Shown: positions 28,460 through 38,525 of the stretch, one piece after another
How the letters are laid out: each line of letters starts with the position of its first letter
How positions within the stretch are numbered: the stretch's first letter is position 1
Assembly: GCA_963795945.1 (NCBI GenBank)
Contig: CAWCJN010000021.1
Coordinates: forward strand, 26,319 to 90,318
Direction of reading: 5' to 3'
Source: an uncultured Pseudomonadota bacterium
GTDB taxonomy: Bacteria > Desulfobacterota > Binatia > Binatales > Binataceae
Length of the DNA: 64,000 nucleotides
Translations under genes and position numbers: made by a program
The notes under the pieces: model-generated
What the model was told of the DNA's origin: nothing
The model's database searches: none
Seen by the model: only the letters and a program-made list of their open reading frames with translations

Positions 28460-29647
28460 ATGCCTCAACCGCTCGAAGGATTGCGCGTGATCGAGCTCGC
28501 GCAAATTTATGCGGGTCCGTACTGCGGGCTTCAGCTTGCGCATTTCGGTGCAGAAGTGATCAAGATCGAACCGCTGGGCGAGGGCGAGTTTCTGCGGATG
28601 CGCCCGCCTGCGCCGAGCGGCGCGAACCTCGGCTTCCTGATGCTGAATCCGGGCAAGAAGTCGGTCACGCTGAATATTAAGGATGCGCGGGGCCGCGACT
28701 TACTGCTCCGGCTACTCGAGACCGCCGACGTGATGCTCGAAAACTATGCGGCAGGAGCGCTCGAACGGCTCGGCCTGGGGTTCGGCGACCTCGAACCGCG
28801 CTTCCCACGTCTGATCTATGCGTCGTGTAAGGGCTACGGCGCGGACAGCCGATGGGCCAATCTCGGCGCGATGGATTTCACCGTGCAGGCGGCCTCCGGA
28901 ATCGTCGATATGACCGGCTATGCCGATCGCCCAGGCGTGCGCGCAACCGCTGCCTTGATTGACACGAGCGCCGGGATGCATCTGGCCGCGGGAATCATGG
29001 CAAAGCTGATCGAACGCGGGCGCACCGGACGCGGCGGCAAGGTCGAAGTCGCGATGCTCGATATTTGCGTGCCCGCCGTCAATGGCATGATCGCTTCGGC
29101 GCTCGAAGGCAATCCGCTGCCGCGCCTCGCCAATCGACATCCGAGCGCCTGCCCCTCGAACACCTATGCAGCGGCTGACGGCCAAATTCTGATTTATTGC
29201 TTAACGGAGGACCATTGGCGGCGCTTCGCCAAAGTGATCGGACGCGCCGACCTGCTCGATAATCCCCGCTACCAGAACCACCAGAGCCGCTATTCGATCA
29301 TCGACGAAGTTGATGCGATGGTAGTCGAATGGGTCGCGCCACGCAGTCGCGACGAACTGGTCAATCTGTTGATCGCGCACGGCATCCCGTGCGCGCCGGT
29401 ACGGACGATCACGGAAGTCGCTACCGACGAGGAGCTGCAACGTCGAGGTCTGCTTCGGAGCGGGTTGTTCGGCAAGGACAACGCGCAAGTGACGGTGCTC
29501 GGCACCGCGATCAAGATGTCGGGTCATCCATTGCCGGACGAAGCGCCGCGCGTGCCGACGCTCGGCGAGGATACGATTGAGGTTCTCACTGAGCTCGGCG
29601 TTCGCGATCACGAGATTGATCGATTACGGCGCGAAGGAGTGATTTGA
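28460..29647 (+). CDS. CaiB/BaiF (family III) CoA-transferase
   Basis: PLEGLRVIEL..AGPY, GAEVIKIEP, ADVMLENY, catalytic Asp in GAMDFTVQA. Confidence 0.93.
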   Translation: MPQPLEGLRVIELAQIYAGPYCGLQLAHFGAEVIKIEPLGEGEFLRMRPPAPSGANLGFLMLNPGKKSVTLNIKDARGRDLLLRLLETADVMLENYAAGALERLGLGFGDLEPRFPRLIYASCKGYGADSRWANLGAMDFTVQAASGIVDMTGYADRPGVRATAALIDTSAGMHLAAGIMAKLIERGRTGRGGKVEVAMLDICVPAVNGMIASALEGNPLPRLANRHPSACPSNTYAAADGQILIYCLTEDHWRRFAKVIGRADLLDNPRYQNHQSRYSIIDEVDAMVVEWVAPRSRDELVNLLIAHGIPCAPVRTITEVATDEELQRRGLLRSGLFGKDNAQVTVLGTAIKMSGHPLPDEAPRVPTLGEDTIEVLTELGVRDHEIDRLRREGVI

Positions 29648-29677
29648 ACTTGCCGAAGCAGCATCGAGGAGAATCTA

Positions 29678-30361
29678 ATGAGCGACTATTTCAAATTGGA
29701 GAAACAGGACGGCGTTGCGACGCTGACATTTGATCGTAACGAAAAGCGCAATCCGTTCAATGAAGACAGCATCTCAGAACTCGAAGCCAACCTGCTGGCG
29801 CTTCGCGATGACGATGCGGTCAAGGCGCTGCTGATTACCGGCGTCGGCAACACGTTTTCCGCCGGCGCTGACTTGTCGCTGATGAAGGGCGTCACCGATC
29901 AGGCCGAACGGCAGCGCTTGTTCGGTTCGGTCGCGCCGCAGCGACGCAAGCTGGTACGCCGAACTTTGGAGCTGCTGCGTAATCTTGAATTGCCGACGGT
30001 CGCCGCGGTCAACGGCTTCGCGGTGGGCGGTGGATGGTTTCTCGCGCTCGCCTGCGATCTGCGGATCGCGGTTGAGGGCGCAGAGTTCTGGATGCCCGAA
30101 GTCGATCTCGGCGCGCCGGGGCCGCGTGGCCCGGAGCAATGGCTCGCCGCGCATGTCGGTGCAGCGCGGGCCAAGGAGATCATCTTCACCTGCCGGCACT
30201 TCAAGGCCGACGAGCTTTATCAATGGGGCCTGCTCAACCGCGTCGTTAAGCGCGCCGAGCTGATGCCGGTTGCGATGGAATTGGCGCGCAGTCTCGCCGC
30301 CAAGAACCATCGTGCGATCGTGCAGGCTAAAGCCCAGATCAATGGATTCTTTTTGGAGTAG
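29678..30361 (+). CDS. Enoyl-CoA hydratase/isomerase (crotonase) family protein 1
   Basis: FSAGADL, AAVNGFAVGGG, ACDLRIA, MPEVDLG. Confidence 0.9.
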   Translation: MSDYFKLEKQDGVATLTFDRNEKRNPFNEDSISELEANLLALRDDDAVKALLITGVGNTFSAGADLSLMKGVTDQAERQRLFGSVAPQRRKLVRRTLELLRNLELPTVAAVNGFAVGGGWFLALACDLRIAVEGAEFWMPEVDLGAPGPRGPEQWLAAHVGAARAKEIIFTCRHFKADELYQWGLLNRVVKRAELMPVAMELARSLAAKNHRAIVQAKAQINGFFLE

Positions 30362-30368
30362 ATTAGCG

Positions 30369-30468
30369 GAGTGCGGTTGCGGCGTGGAGCGAACACGCTA
30401 GTGGAGCGCAGCGGAACGAGCGAACGAGTCCGCGAGGCGCGTTCCAGATTCGAGTCTGCGAGCTGCGT
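30369..30468 (+). repeat. Intergenic repeat family 2, longest copy
   Basis: Segments match 17259-17284, 28365-28413 and an identical 18-mer at 14625-14642. Confidence 0.75.
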
Positions 30469-30482
30469 TAAGGAGTAAAGAT

Positions 30483-31178
30483 ATGCCTGATAATTTCCGC
30501 TTCGAGCAGGACGGCCCGGTCGCGACTATCACCTTCAATCGTCCCGAGCGCCGCAACTGTCTCAATCTCGAAGTTCTGGGCGAACTGGAAAATTTCATCT
30601 TCCAAGTTCGTGAGAATCGCCAGACGCGCGTGATGATCGTGACCGGCACCGGCGCGGCGTTTTCCGCCGGCGCAGACATGTCGAACCTCAAGGGCATCAC
30701 CGATCCCGCCGAACGGGTGCGCATCTTTAGCTCGCGCAGCGGACAAGCTCCGCGCGTAATCGGACGAATCTTCGATACAATCCTGCGGCTCGACTGTATG
30801 ACAATCGGCGCGATCAACGGCTTTGCCGTCGGCGGCGGATGGGCGCTTGCAGCCGCGATGGATTTCGTCGTTGCTGCCGATACCGCGCAATTCTGGGTGC
30901 CGGAGGTCGAACTCGGGGTGCCTTTCCGCGGCGGCCCGGCGGAGGTGCTCGCGAAACGATTGGGACCATGGCGCGCCAAGGAAGCGATGATCCTGTGCCG
31001 TCACTACAGCGCGGCGGAACTCTTCGCGATGGGGTTGGTCAACGAAGTCACGTCGGCGGTTGAATTGATGCCCGCGACACGCCACCTCGCCGATCGCTTG
31101 CTGGCGCTTCCCGAAAAAGCCGCGACCCGTACCAAACACGGCATCGACGGAGTATTCATCGGTCCGCGCCTCTATTGA
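30483..31178 (+). CDS. Enoyl-CoA hydratase/isomerase (crotonase) family protein 2
   Basis: FSAGADM, AINGFAVGGG, VPEVELG. Confidence 0.9.
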   Translation: MPDNFRFEQDGPVATITFNRPERRNCLNLEVLGELENFIFQVRENRQTRVMIVTGTGAAFSAGADMSNLKGITDPAERVRIFSSRSGQAPRVIGRIFDTILRLDCMTIGAINGFAVGGGWALAAAMDFVVAADTAQFWVPEVELGVPFRGGPAEVLAKRLGPWRAKEAMILCRHYSAAELFAMGLVNEVTSAVELMPATRHLADRLLALPEKAATRTKHGIDGVFIGPRLY

Positions 31179-31240
31179 TTTTACAACGATGGCGGGCGAT
31201 ACAGAGACTACGGTTAGAGATAGCCACAGGAGGCTATGCG

Positions 31241-31744
31241 ATGATTAAACCTGAGCGGATTGGTCACGTCGTAATTAAGGTTCGGGATATTGAACGTTCC
31301 AAGCAGTTCTACATGGACGTGCTGGGACTCGATTTGATGATGGAGTTGCCGCAAATCAAGATGGCGTTTTTCGCTAGCGATCGCCGGGACCATCATGAGA
31401 TCGCGTGCGTCGAGGTCGGCGCTGATGCCGCCGGCAATCAACCGAAGCAAATCGGCCTGGTTCATATCGCGTTTCGCCTGCGCGACGAGGATCATCTCCG
31501 CGCCGCTTATCGGGAATTCAAGGAGAAAAACGTTCCCATTAATTTCACTGTGGACCACGGCGTTACCAAGAGCATCTATTTCCGCGATCCGGACGGCAAT
31601 CAACTCGAAGTCTATTGCGATAATTCGCGCGAGTACGCTCGCCAGAAGGCTGCCGATGGTTACGGCGGGATGGATAAGCTGGATTTCGCTTCAGAGGAAC
31701 GCGGTATCGCCGAGGCGTTCGCCGCGCGCGATGTGATGAGCTGA
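31241..31744 (+). CDS. VOC family protein (glyoxalase/extradiol dioxygenase-like)
   Basis: IGHVVIKVRD, DHHEIA, GLVHIAF, DHG..SIYFRDPDGNQLE; ATG 31241 behind AGGAGG. Confidence 0.9.
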   Translation: MIKPERIGHVVIKVRDIERSKQFYMDVLGLDLMMELPQIKMAFFASDRRDHHEIACVEVGADAAGNQPKQIGLVHIAFRLRDEDHLRAAYREFKEKNVPINFTVDHGVTKSIYFRDPDGNQLEVYCDNSREYARQKAADGYGGMDKLDFASEERGIAEAFAARDVMS

Positions 31745-31841
31745 TTCAACAATCAATGCTTCGTCTCTAAGTTTGTAATTCTTTTGCGCGGCCGGCTCGG
31801 TCCTTCGCGACTCAGTCGGCCGTCTGCATGATGGATAGGAA

Positions 31842-33280
31842 ATGGGTATTCGGACCGGACAGGAATATATCGAGAGTCTGCGCGACGGACGCACGGTCTT
31901 CGTCAATGGCGAGCGCGTCAACGACGTCACTGCCTATCCGCCGTTCAGGGGAGTAGTTCAGACGCTTGGTGGACTCTATGATTTGCAGCACGCGCAAAGG
32001 AACATTTTTACTTATCAGTCGCCTACGACCAGAAATCCCGTCAGCGTGTCGTTTCTGATCGCGCAGACCGGCGAAGAATTGGAAGCGCGTATCCGCGCAG
32101 AGGAGGCTCGCGCGACGCATACGTTCGGCCTGATGGGCCGGATGCCCGATTTCTGTAACGCCCTCATCACTGACTTCGCCGTCGCTCATCATTATTTAGG
32201 CCGTCGTGATCCACGATTCGGCCAACATGCTCAGCGTTACTATGAGGATTGTCGCGAGAACGACTGGTGTCTAACTCACACGCTGGTCGATCCGCAAATT
32301 GATCGATCTAAAGGACCCGCCGAGCAGCCTGATCCGTTTATGACGCTGCGCATCGTGCGCGAGACTGATCGCGGCATAGTCGTGCGCGGCGCCAAGATGC
32401 TCTCTACGCTCGCGCCCTTCGCCAACGAAATCTGGGGCGGTCCGTTCTATCCGCGCCGTCCGGGCGAAGAGGCCTACACGCTTTGCTTCGCCCTCCCGAT
32501 GGCGACGCCGGGGATGAAGTTCATTTGCCGCGAAACTTACGATAATGGCTGCGGCGTGTTCGATCGCCCACTTAGCTCGCGCTTCGATGAAGAGGACGCG
32601 CTCGCAATTTTCGACGATGTGGAGGTCCCCTTCGAACGCATCTTCATCAAGTGCGACATTGAAATCTTCAACGGAGTTTTCCCGCGTACGCCGGGTTACG
32701 CGCTGCTGCAAGCGACGATTCGCGGAACGGTCAAGCTGCGCTTCTTGGCCGGACTCGCCTGTCATCTCGCTGAGACGATTGGCCGCAACGACGCGATTCA
32801 CGTGCAGGCGCAACTCGGCGAGTTGATAGCTAATGCCGAGTTGGCCGGCGGTTTGGTTCGCGCCGCCGCGCAGGAAGTCGCGCTCGGGAGCGCTCGTCCG
32901 CAACCGAATCGAAGCTTGTCGGCAACTTTATGGGTGTTCCTCCCGCAAGCGCATATGCGCGCCGCCGAAGTGATTCGCCAGCTCAGCGGAAGCGGCTTGA
33001 TCATGACGCCTACCGAAAAGGATTTCGCCAATCCCGAGATCAGCTCCTACCTCGACAAGTACCTGCAAGGGAAGAACGTCTCGGCGCGCGATCGGGTGCA
33101 ACTGTTTAAGCTGCGTGGGACATAATTGGCGAACCATTTGGCAGCCGCCAGTTGCAATACGAGTGGTTTTACGCAGGCGATCCTTATTTCACCCGCGGAC
33201 GCTTCTATCATTCGCCGATTGTGCGCGACTTCAAATCGATGGTCGATCGAGTGCTCGCGGCCAGCGACAATAAAATTTAG
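31842..33280 (+). pseudogene. 4-hydroxyphenylacetate 3-hydroxylase (HpaB)-like monooxygenase with a C-terminal frameshift
   Basis: RTG.EY.ESLRDGR, MGRMPD, PLSSRFDEED. Adding one G at 33113/4 restores [26 protein letters not shown] to TAG 33280. Confidence 0.8.
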
Positions 33281-34765
33281 GATTGCTTTGTGATGCGTCC
33301 CGCTGACGTTCCGGCGGTTCGACCAAAAACCGATCCTGACATCAGGCCGGTGCCGCCCGGGTAGTTGAAATAAAATAGACCGCCAACCAACTCGCCCGCC
33401 GCGTACAAGCCGCGAATCGGAACACCGTCGGTGTTGATTACTGCGCCGTGCTCGTCGATCCGTAAGCCGCCGAACGTAAATGTAATCCCGCACGTCACGG
33501 CGTAGGCCTCGAATGGCGGCGTATCGATCAGATTGGCCCAGTTGCTCTTGTTGAGCGTGAGACCCCGCGTCCCACGCCCGTCCTTGATATTCGGATTGAA
33601 CGGAACATCTGGTTGGACCGCCGCATTGTATGCCTCAACTTCGGCCAGGAAGCCTTGCGGCGTCAACGTCCTCCAGCTTGCCCGCCAGCGCTTCGAGCGA
33701 GTCGGCGCTGACCTTGGTAACGTGCTTGAGCCGATATTCGTCGCGCAGCAGATGCGCCACCTTGCGATCGAAGATTTGCCACGCGAACTGTCCAGGTTGT
33801 TCGAGGATCGCGCGCCCATATTTGGCGTAAGTATAGTTGCGAAAATCCGCGCCCTCATCGACGAAGCGCCGCCCGCGCGCATTAACCATGATCCCGAACG
33901 GATAGCTATGCTTCTGAAACCCATCCCCCACACTGAGATCACCGAACTCGGGCGCATTGCGATCCCATCCGACGGCGTGGCATCCCGACCAGTTGCCATA
34001 CGGCATCGCGCCCGCATCGAGCGCCATCCGGATGCCGTCGCCGGTGTTGAAGCGGGTACCGCGCACTTTCGCGAGGTCCCATCCGGGACCGAGATAACGC
34101 GTGCGCCATTCCGCATTCGCCTCGAAGCCGCCCGACGCGATCACGACCGCGCGGCTTTCAAGGACATCGCTGACGCCGTACGAGCGGACCGCGACGCCGC
34201 GTACGCCATTGTCATCAGTGATCAGTTCGAGCGCGCGGCTTGCGTAGCGAACGTCGATTCCGGATTTTGCGCGATCGCGTAGAGCGAATCGATCAGCCCC
34301 GGACCGCCGCCCCAGGCCTCGACCGTCAGGCCGCCCCAAAATTTGAATCGCCCATCGACTTTGAACGCCTGCCGTCCGTAGATCGGGGCGAAGCGGACAC
34401 CTTTCGCGCGCATCCAGAGCATCGTGTCGAAGCTCCGCGACACGAGCATCTCGGCAAGTTGCGGGTTTGTCCGATATTGAGTGACACGACAGAGATCATC
34501 GTAAAACTAAGTCTTCAGGATAGGCGCCGAAATCGGTATTGGCCTTTTCCTCCTCGGTCAGGTCAGGCATCAGGCGCGCGAGGTCCTCGACGCCGCTATA
34601 GGCCACCCGCATCGCACCAGCGGTGAAGCGTGAGTTGCCGCCGCGCTCGAGTTCCGGCGCCGCTTCAAGCACCAGCACCGCAGCGCTCTGTTCACGCGCC
34701 GCCAGCGCCGCACAGAGCGCTGCATTCCCACCCCCAACAACAATTACGTCGAATGAATCCGGCAT
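33277..34765 (-). pseudogene. tcuA: FAD-dependent tricarballylate dehydrogenase TcuA-like, three frameshifts
   Basis: Four ORF pieces (VVGGGNAALCAA; GRQAFKVDGRFKFWGG; ASGGFEAN..WDLAKVRGT; GITFTFGGL..NYPGGTGLM) joined by single-base indels near 34508, 34266 and 33658. Confidence 0.85.
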
Positions 34766-34796
34766 GATCAGAGGCTCCGATACGAACGTAACAGGG

Positions 34797-35717
34797 TCAA
34801 GTGCGCAGCTTAGTGAATGGACTTGGCGGTAGGATATTCTGCGCGATAGTCTCGTCGAGCGCCTCGTAATCGAAGTAACGAATCACATCGTATAGCTCGG
34901 CCCGGGTTTGCATCCGATCGAGCAGCGCGGCTGCGCTGTTGTCGCGCGCAAGAGTCGCATAAAACTCTTCGATCGACTTCGCTGCGATACGCAATGACGA
35001 TACCGGCCAGATGACCATCTTGAAGCCGAACTCTTCGAATTGTCGCGCGGTAAAGGAGGGCGTTCGTCCGAACTCGGTCATGTTGGCGAGCAGTGGCGCG
35101 CTGATTTCTGCAGAAAAGCGCCGGAACATCGCTTCAGTCTCTAGCGCCTCGGGGAAGATCGCATCAGCGCCCACCTCGAGATACGCACGCGCCCGCGCGA
35201 GTGCGGCATCGATCCCTTCGACACCTGCGGCGTCGGTGCGCGCGATTATCCGCAGATGCGAACGTGCGCTGACGGCGGCTTTGATCTTCGCCGCCATCTC
35301 GGTCGTACTGACCAGTTGCTTGTCGCTCAGATGCCCGCACTTCTTGGGGATGATCTGATCCTCGATCTGGATCGCGGCCGCGCCCGCCGCTTCCAGCTCG
35401 CGCACCATGCGCATCACATTCAGCACGCCGCCGAAGCCGGTATCCACGTCCACGATGAGCGGTAGATCGCAGACCCGCACGATGGCGCGAGTAAAAAAGC
35501 CAACTTCATCGAGGCTGAGCAGGCCGAGGTCGGCGAGGCCCAGACTGGCGCTCAGTGCCGCGCCCGACAGATAGATCGCCTCGAAGCCCGCACGCCGCGC
35601 CAGCATCGCCGCGAGCGGATGATGCACGCCCGGAATTCTCAGAATGCCGTCCCGACGCCAAAGCGCCGCGAGTCGTTCGCCCGCCGGCGCCTTCGTCTCG
35701 GCTGTAAGCCAGATCAT
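34797..35717 (-). CDS. prpB: 2-methylisocitrate lyase (ICL/PEP mutase family)
   Basis: YLSGAA, D.DTGFG, IEDQ..PKKCGH, ARTDA, LLANMTEFGRTP; likely ATG 35717. Confidence 0.88.
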   Translation of the reverse strand: MIWLTAETKAPAGERLAALWRRDGILRIPGVHHPLAAMLARRAGFEAIYLSGAALSASLGLADLGLLSLDEVGFFTRAIVRVCDLPLIVDVDTGFGGVLNVMRMVRELEAAGAAAIQIEDQIIPKKCGHLSDKQLVSTTEMAAKIKAAVSARSHLRIIARTDAAGVEGIDAALARARAYLEVGADAIFPEALETEAMFRRFSAEISAPLLANMTEFGRTPSFTARQFEEFGFKMVIWPVSSLRIAAKSIEEFYATLARDNSAAALLDRMQTRAELYDVIRYFDYEALDETIAQNILPPSPFTKLRT

Positions 35718-35858
35718 GTGATTGCTCCAAAGATGCTGCTCGTTACAAAACGTTTTTCGGTGCGAGGCGCTTTGTGCGATATTCGACTGGATTGAGTATC
35801 CGGCGACCTTGCCGCGAAGAATTTTCGGGCTCGCCATCACCACTCAAGGATGGTCGCG

Positions 35859-36908
35859 ATGAAATTTGGGCTGCTCTATAACACCGACTATTATCCCGAA
35901 ACGCACGGCTCACCAACGAAATACTATAACGAGATCCTCGAGCAGACGCAGTTTGCTGAAGAGCTCGGCTACCACGCCGTGTGGTTCGGTGAACATCACT
36001 ATTCGGGATATTCCTTCGGTTCCCCGCCAGTGATCGCGATGGCTGCGGCAGCGCGCACCAAGCGGATTAAGCTTGGCACGGGCGTGTCGCTCATTCCGCT
36101 TAATCATCCCCTCCGCCTGGCGGAAGAATATGCGATGCTCGATGTGCTGAGCGGCGGTCGCCTTGAATATGGAATAGGACGCGGGTTTCTCAACTACTCT
36201 TACGAGATTTTCGGGGTAAATCCTGACGAAAGCCACGCTCGGTATCGCGAGGGCACTGAGCTGATAATGCGCGCTTGGACTTCACGCGGCCCTTTTTCTT
36301 TCAACGGCAAGTTCTGGAAACTTACTGACTATTCGTTCTTTCCGCGTCCGTTGCAGGAGCCGATGCCGCCGATTTTCGCATCGGGAGCAATCACGCCGGA
36401 AAGCTATGCATGGGCCGGCTCGATGGGACTCCATCTGGGTACTGCGTTTTTTATCCCGGCGCCTGAGATGGTCCGCGACAATATCGAGCTTTACCGCCAG
36501 TCGTTGCGCGATGCCGGCCATGATCCGGCGGAGCGGGAAGTCGCCGGGGTTTACCAGATGTATTGCGGCGATTCGGCCGAAGAAGCCCGCGCGCATGGCG
36601 GCGTCTATGCGCTTCAGTATTACAAATTTTTCGAAGCTCTAGACCAACGTAGTAGGCACTCCTCCGCAACTTATGAGCGCTATAAGAAGGGCGTCGGCTT
36701 TAGCCGGTTCACCTACGATGAGCTCGATCGCATGCGCGTGTTGCTGATCGGAGAACCCGAAATGCTGATCGAGCGAGTGCGCTGGACTGCCGACTTTTAC
36801 GGAGCCACCTACCTGATTCTCGAAGTCGCGCAAGGCGGCGAGCCCCACGAATATGTGATGCGCTCCCTCGAGCGCTTCACCAAATACGTGATGCCCGCCT
36901 TCAGGTGA
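35859..36908 (+). CDS. LLM class flavin-dependent oxidoreductase
   Basis: WFGEHH, HPLRLAEEYAMLDVLSGGRLEYGIGRG. Confidence 0.9.
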   Translation: MKFGLLYNTDYYPETHGSPTKYYNEILEQTQFAEELGYHAVWFGEHHYSGYSFGSPPVIAMAAAARTKRIKLGTGVSLIPLNHPLRLAEEYAMLDVLSGGRLEYGIGRGFLNYSYEIFGVNPDESHARYREGTELIMRAWTSRGPFSFNGKFWKLTDYSFFPRPLQEPMPPIFASGAITPESYAWAGSMGLHLGTAFFIPAPEMVRDNIELYRQSLRDAGHDPAEREVAGVYQMYCGDSAEEARAHGGVYALQYYKFFEALDQRSRHSSATYERYKKGVGFSRFTYDELDRMRVLLIGEPEMLIERVRWTADFYGATYLILEVAQGGEPHEYVMRSLERFTKYVMPAFR

Positions 36909-38389
36909 GTCAGATGGCCGCTTACGATGTAATCGTGATTGGTGCAGGCAACGCTGCTTTGGCGGCTGCCGTATCCGCGCGGAATAACGGCGCTGAACGC
37001 GTGCTTGTGCTGGAGAAAGCCTCCGAGGAATTGCGTGGCGGTAATACCTTCTATAGCGGCGGCCTGCTGCGCATCGCTTTCGACAAGGTCGAAGAGATTT
37101 TGCGGCTCGTGCCGGACGCGCGTGAGCTGCCGGGCTTTGTCGAAGGGATCGAGCCATATCCGCAGACCTCCTTCTGGGCCGACTTGCGCCGCATGACCGG
37201 CAATCGCACCGACCCTGAGTTGGCCGAAATCCTGATCTCCAACTCGTACGCCACCGCCTGCTGGATGACCGATAACGGCATCCGCTTCGAGCCTGCAATC
37301 TCGCTCGGCGCAGTGCGCGTCGGTGGTGTGCTGAAGTGGCCCAAGGGCGCGATCATCCGTGCGGTCCACGAGGGCGTTGGACTGTCCCGGATGTGGTTTG
37401 CGATTGCACAGCGCAAAGGAATTGAGATTCGATATAATAGTTACGCGACTGAACTTACCCGCGACGAGCGTGGCCGTATCAGCGGCGTGATCGTGCGCGC
37501 GCCTGACGGTACTCAACGGCTCGAATCTCCCTTCGTGGTGCTCGGATGCGGCGGGTTCGAGGCCAACGCTGCCTGGCGCGCGCAGTATCTTGGCCGTCCA
37601 TGGGATCACGCGAAAGTTCGCGGTACACCCCACAATCAGGGCGACGGCCTACGTATGGCTCTCACAATCGGTGCGATGCCGTGGGGCCAATGGAGCGGAT
37701 GTCACGCCACGCCGATCAATGCCGAGGCGCCCGCTTTTGGCGATCGCAAGCTCACCGACAAGACCAATCGGTTGTCGTATATCTACGGCCTGATGCTCAA
37801 TCGTAACGGCCTGCGCTTCGTCGATGAAGGCGAGGATCAGGCGCTTTTCACTTATGCGAAATTCGGCGGCGCGATTCTGAATCAGCCGGGTGGCGTTGCG
37901 TGGCAGCTCTTCGACTCGAAAGTTACGCCGCTGCTGGAACCTCGCTATGCGACCAGCGAACCGCTCGTCGCTGACCGCCTCGATGATCTAATCGGTAGAC
38001 TCGACCTCGATCAGCGGACAGCACTCGCCACGTTGAGCGGCTTCAATGCGGCCGCCGGAAATGGTGTCTTCAATCCCGGCGAGCGCGACGCGATGGCGAC
38101 GCGCGGCCTCGCTCTGCCCAAATCTAACTGGGCGCAGAAACTCGATACTCCGCCGTTCCGCGCCTATCCGGTTACCGGCGGCATTACCTTCTCCTTCGGC
38201 GGAGTGAAGGTGAACGCTCGTGCTCAAGTGATCGCCACTAATTGGAAACCGATTCCGGGACTTTACGCCTGCGGCGAGATGGTCGGCGGCCTATTCCACG
38301 ATAATTACCCGGGCGGCTCGGGCCTGATGTCCGGTGCGGTGTTCGGGCGAATCGCTGGCGCAAACGCCGCCCGCGATCTGACCAGTTAG
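36905..38389 (+). CDS. tcuA: FAD-dependent tricarballylate dehydrogenase TcuA-like (intact)
   Basis: VIGAGNAAL.AA, LRGGNT, GCGGFEAN, WDHAKVRGT, GITFSFGG, NYPGGSGLM; GTGA overlap with the LLM gene. Confidence 0.88.
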   Translation: MSQMAAYDVIVIGAGNAALAAAVSARNNGAERVLVLEKASEELRGGNTFYSGGLLRIAFDKVEEILRLVPDARELPGFVEGIEPYPQTSFWADLRRMTGNRTDPELAEILISNSYATACWMTDNGIRFEPAISLGAVRVGGVLKWPKGAIIRAVHEGVGLSRMWFAIAQRKGIEIRYNSYATELTRDERGRISGVIVRAPDGTQRLESPFVVLGCGGFEANAAWRAQYLGRPWDHAKVRGTPHNQGDGLRMALTIGAMPWGQWSGCHATPINAEAPAFGDRKLTDKTNRLSYIYGLMLNRNGLRFVDEGEDQALFTYAKFGGAILNQPGGVAWQLFDSKVTPLLEPRYATSEPLVADRLDDLIGRLDLDQRTALATLSGFNAAAGNGVFNPGERDAMATRGLALPKSNWAQKLDTPPFRAYPVTGGITFSFGGVKVNARAQVIATNWKPIPGLYACGEMVGGLFHDNYPGGSGLMSGAVFGRIAGANAARDLTS

Positions 38390-38420
38390 TGCCGCATGCA
38401 AATGCTTTCGCAAAGCGACA

Positions 38421-38511
38421 TAAGTCATTTTATGCGAAGCGCTGAATCTCGATTCGAGCGATGGACTTCAAATCGAGATTCTGCAGTCGCAGACTTTCTC
38501 AGAATGACTTA
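38421..38511. repeat. REP-like nested inverted repeat after tcuA
   Basis: TAAGTCATT/AATGACTTA outer arms and GAATCTCGATT/AATCGAGATTC inner arms. Confidence 0.6.
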
Positions 38512-38525
38512 AGGAATGCCTCGAT

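Noticed and set aside
34505-34512. In-frame TAG in tcuA copy 1 as pyrrolysine, readthrough or programmed frameshift
   Set aside because: A single-base insertion explains it; no slippery site is evident and three other indels lie nearby
35718-35843. Long N-terminal extension of PrpB
   Set aside because: No similarity to the family; GGAG RBS precedes ATG 35717 and the region is the divergent promoter
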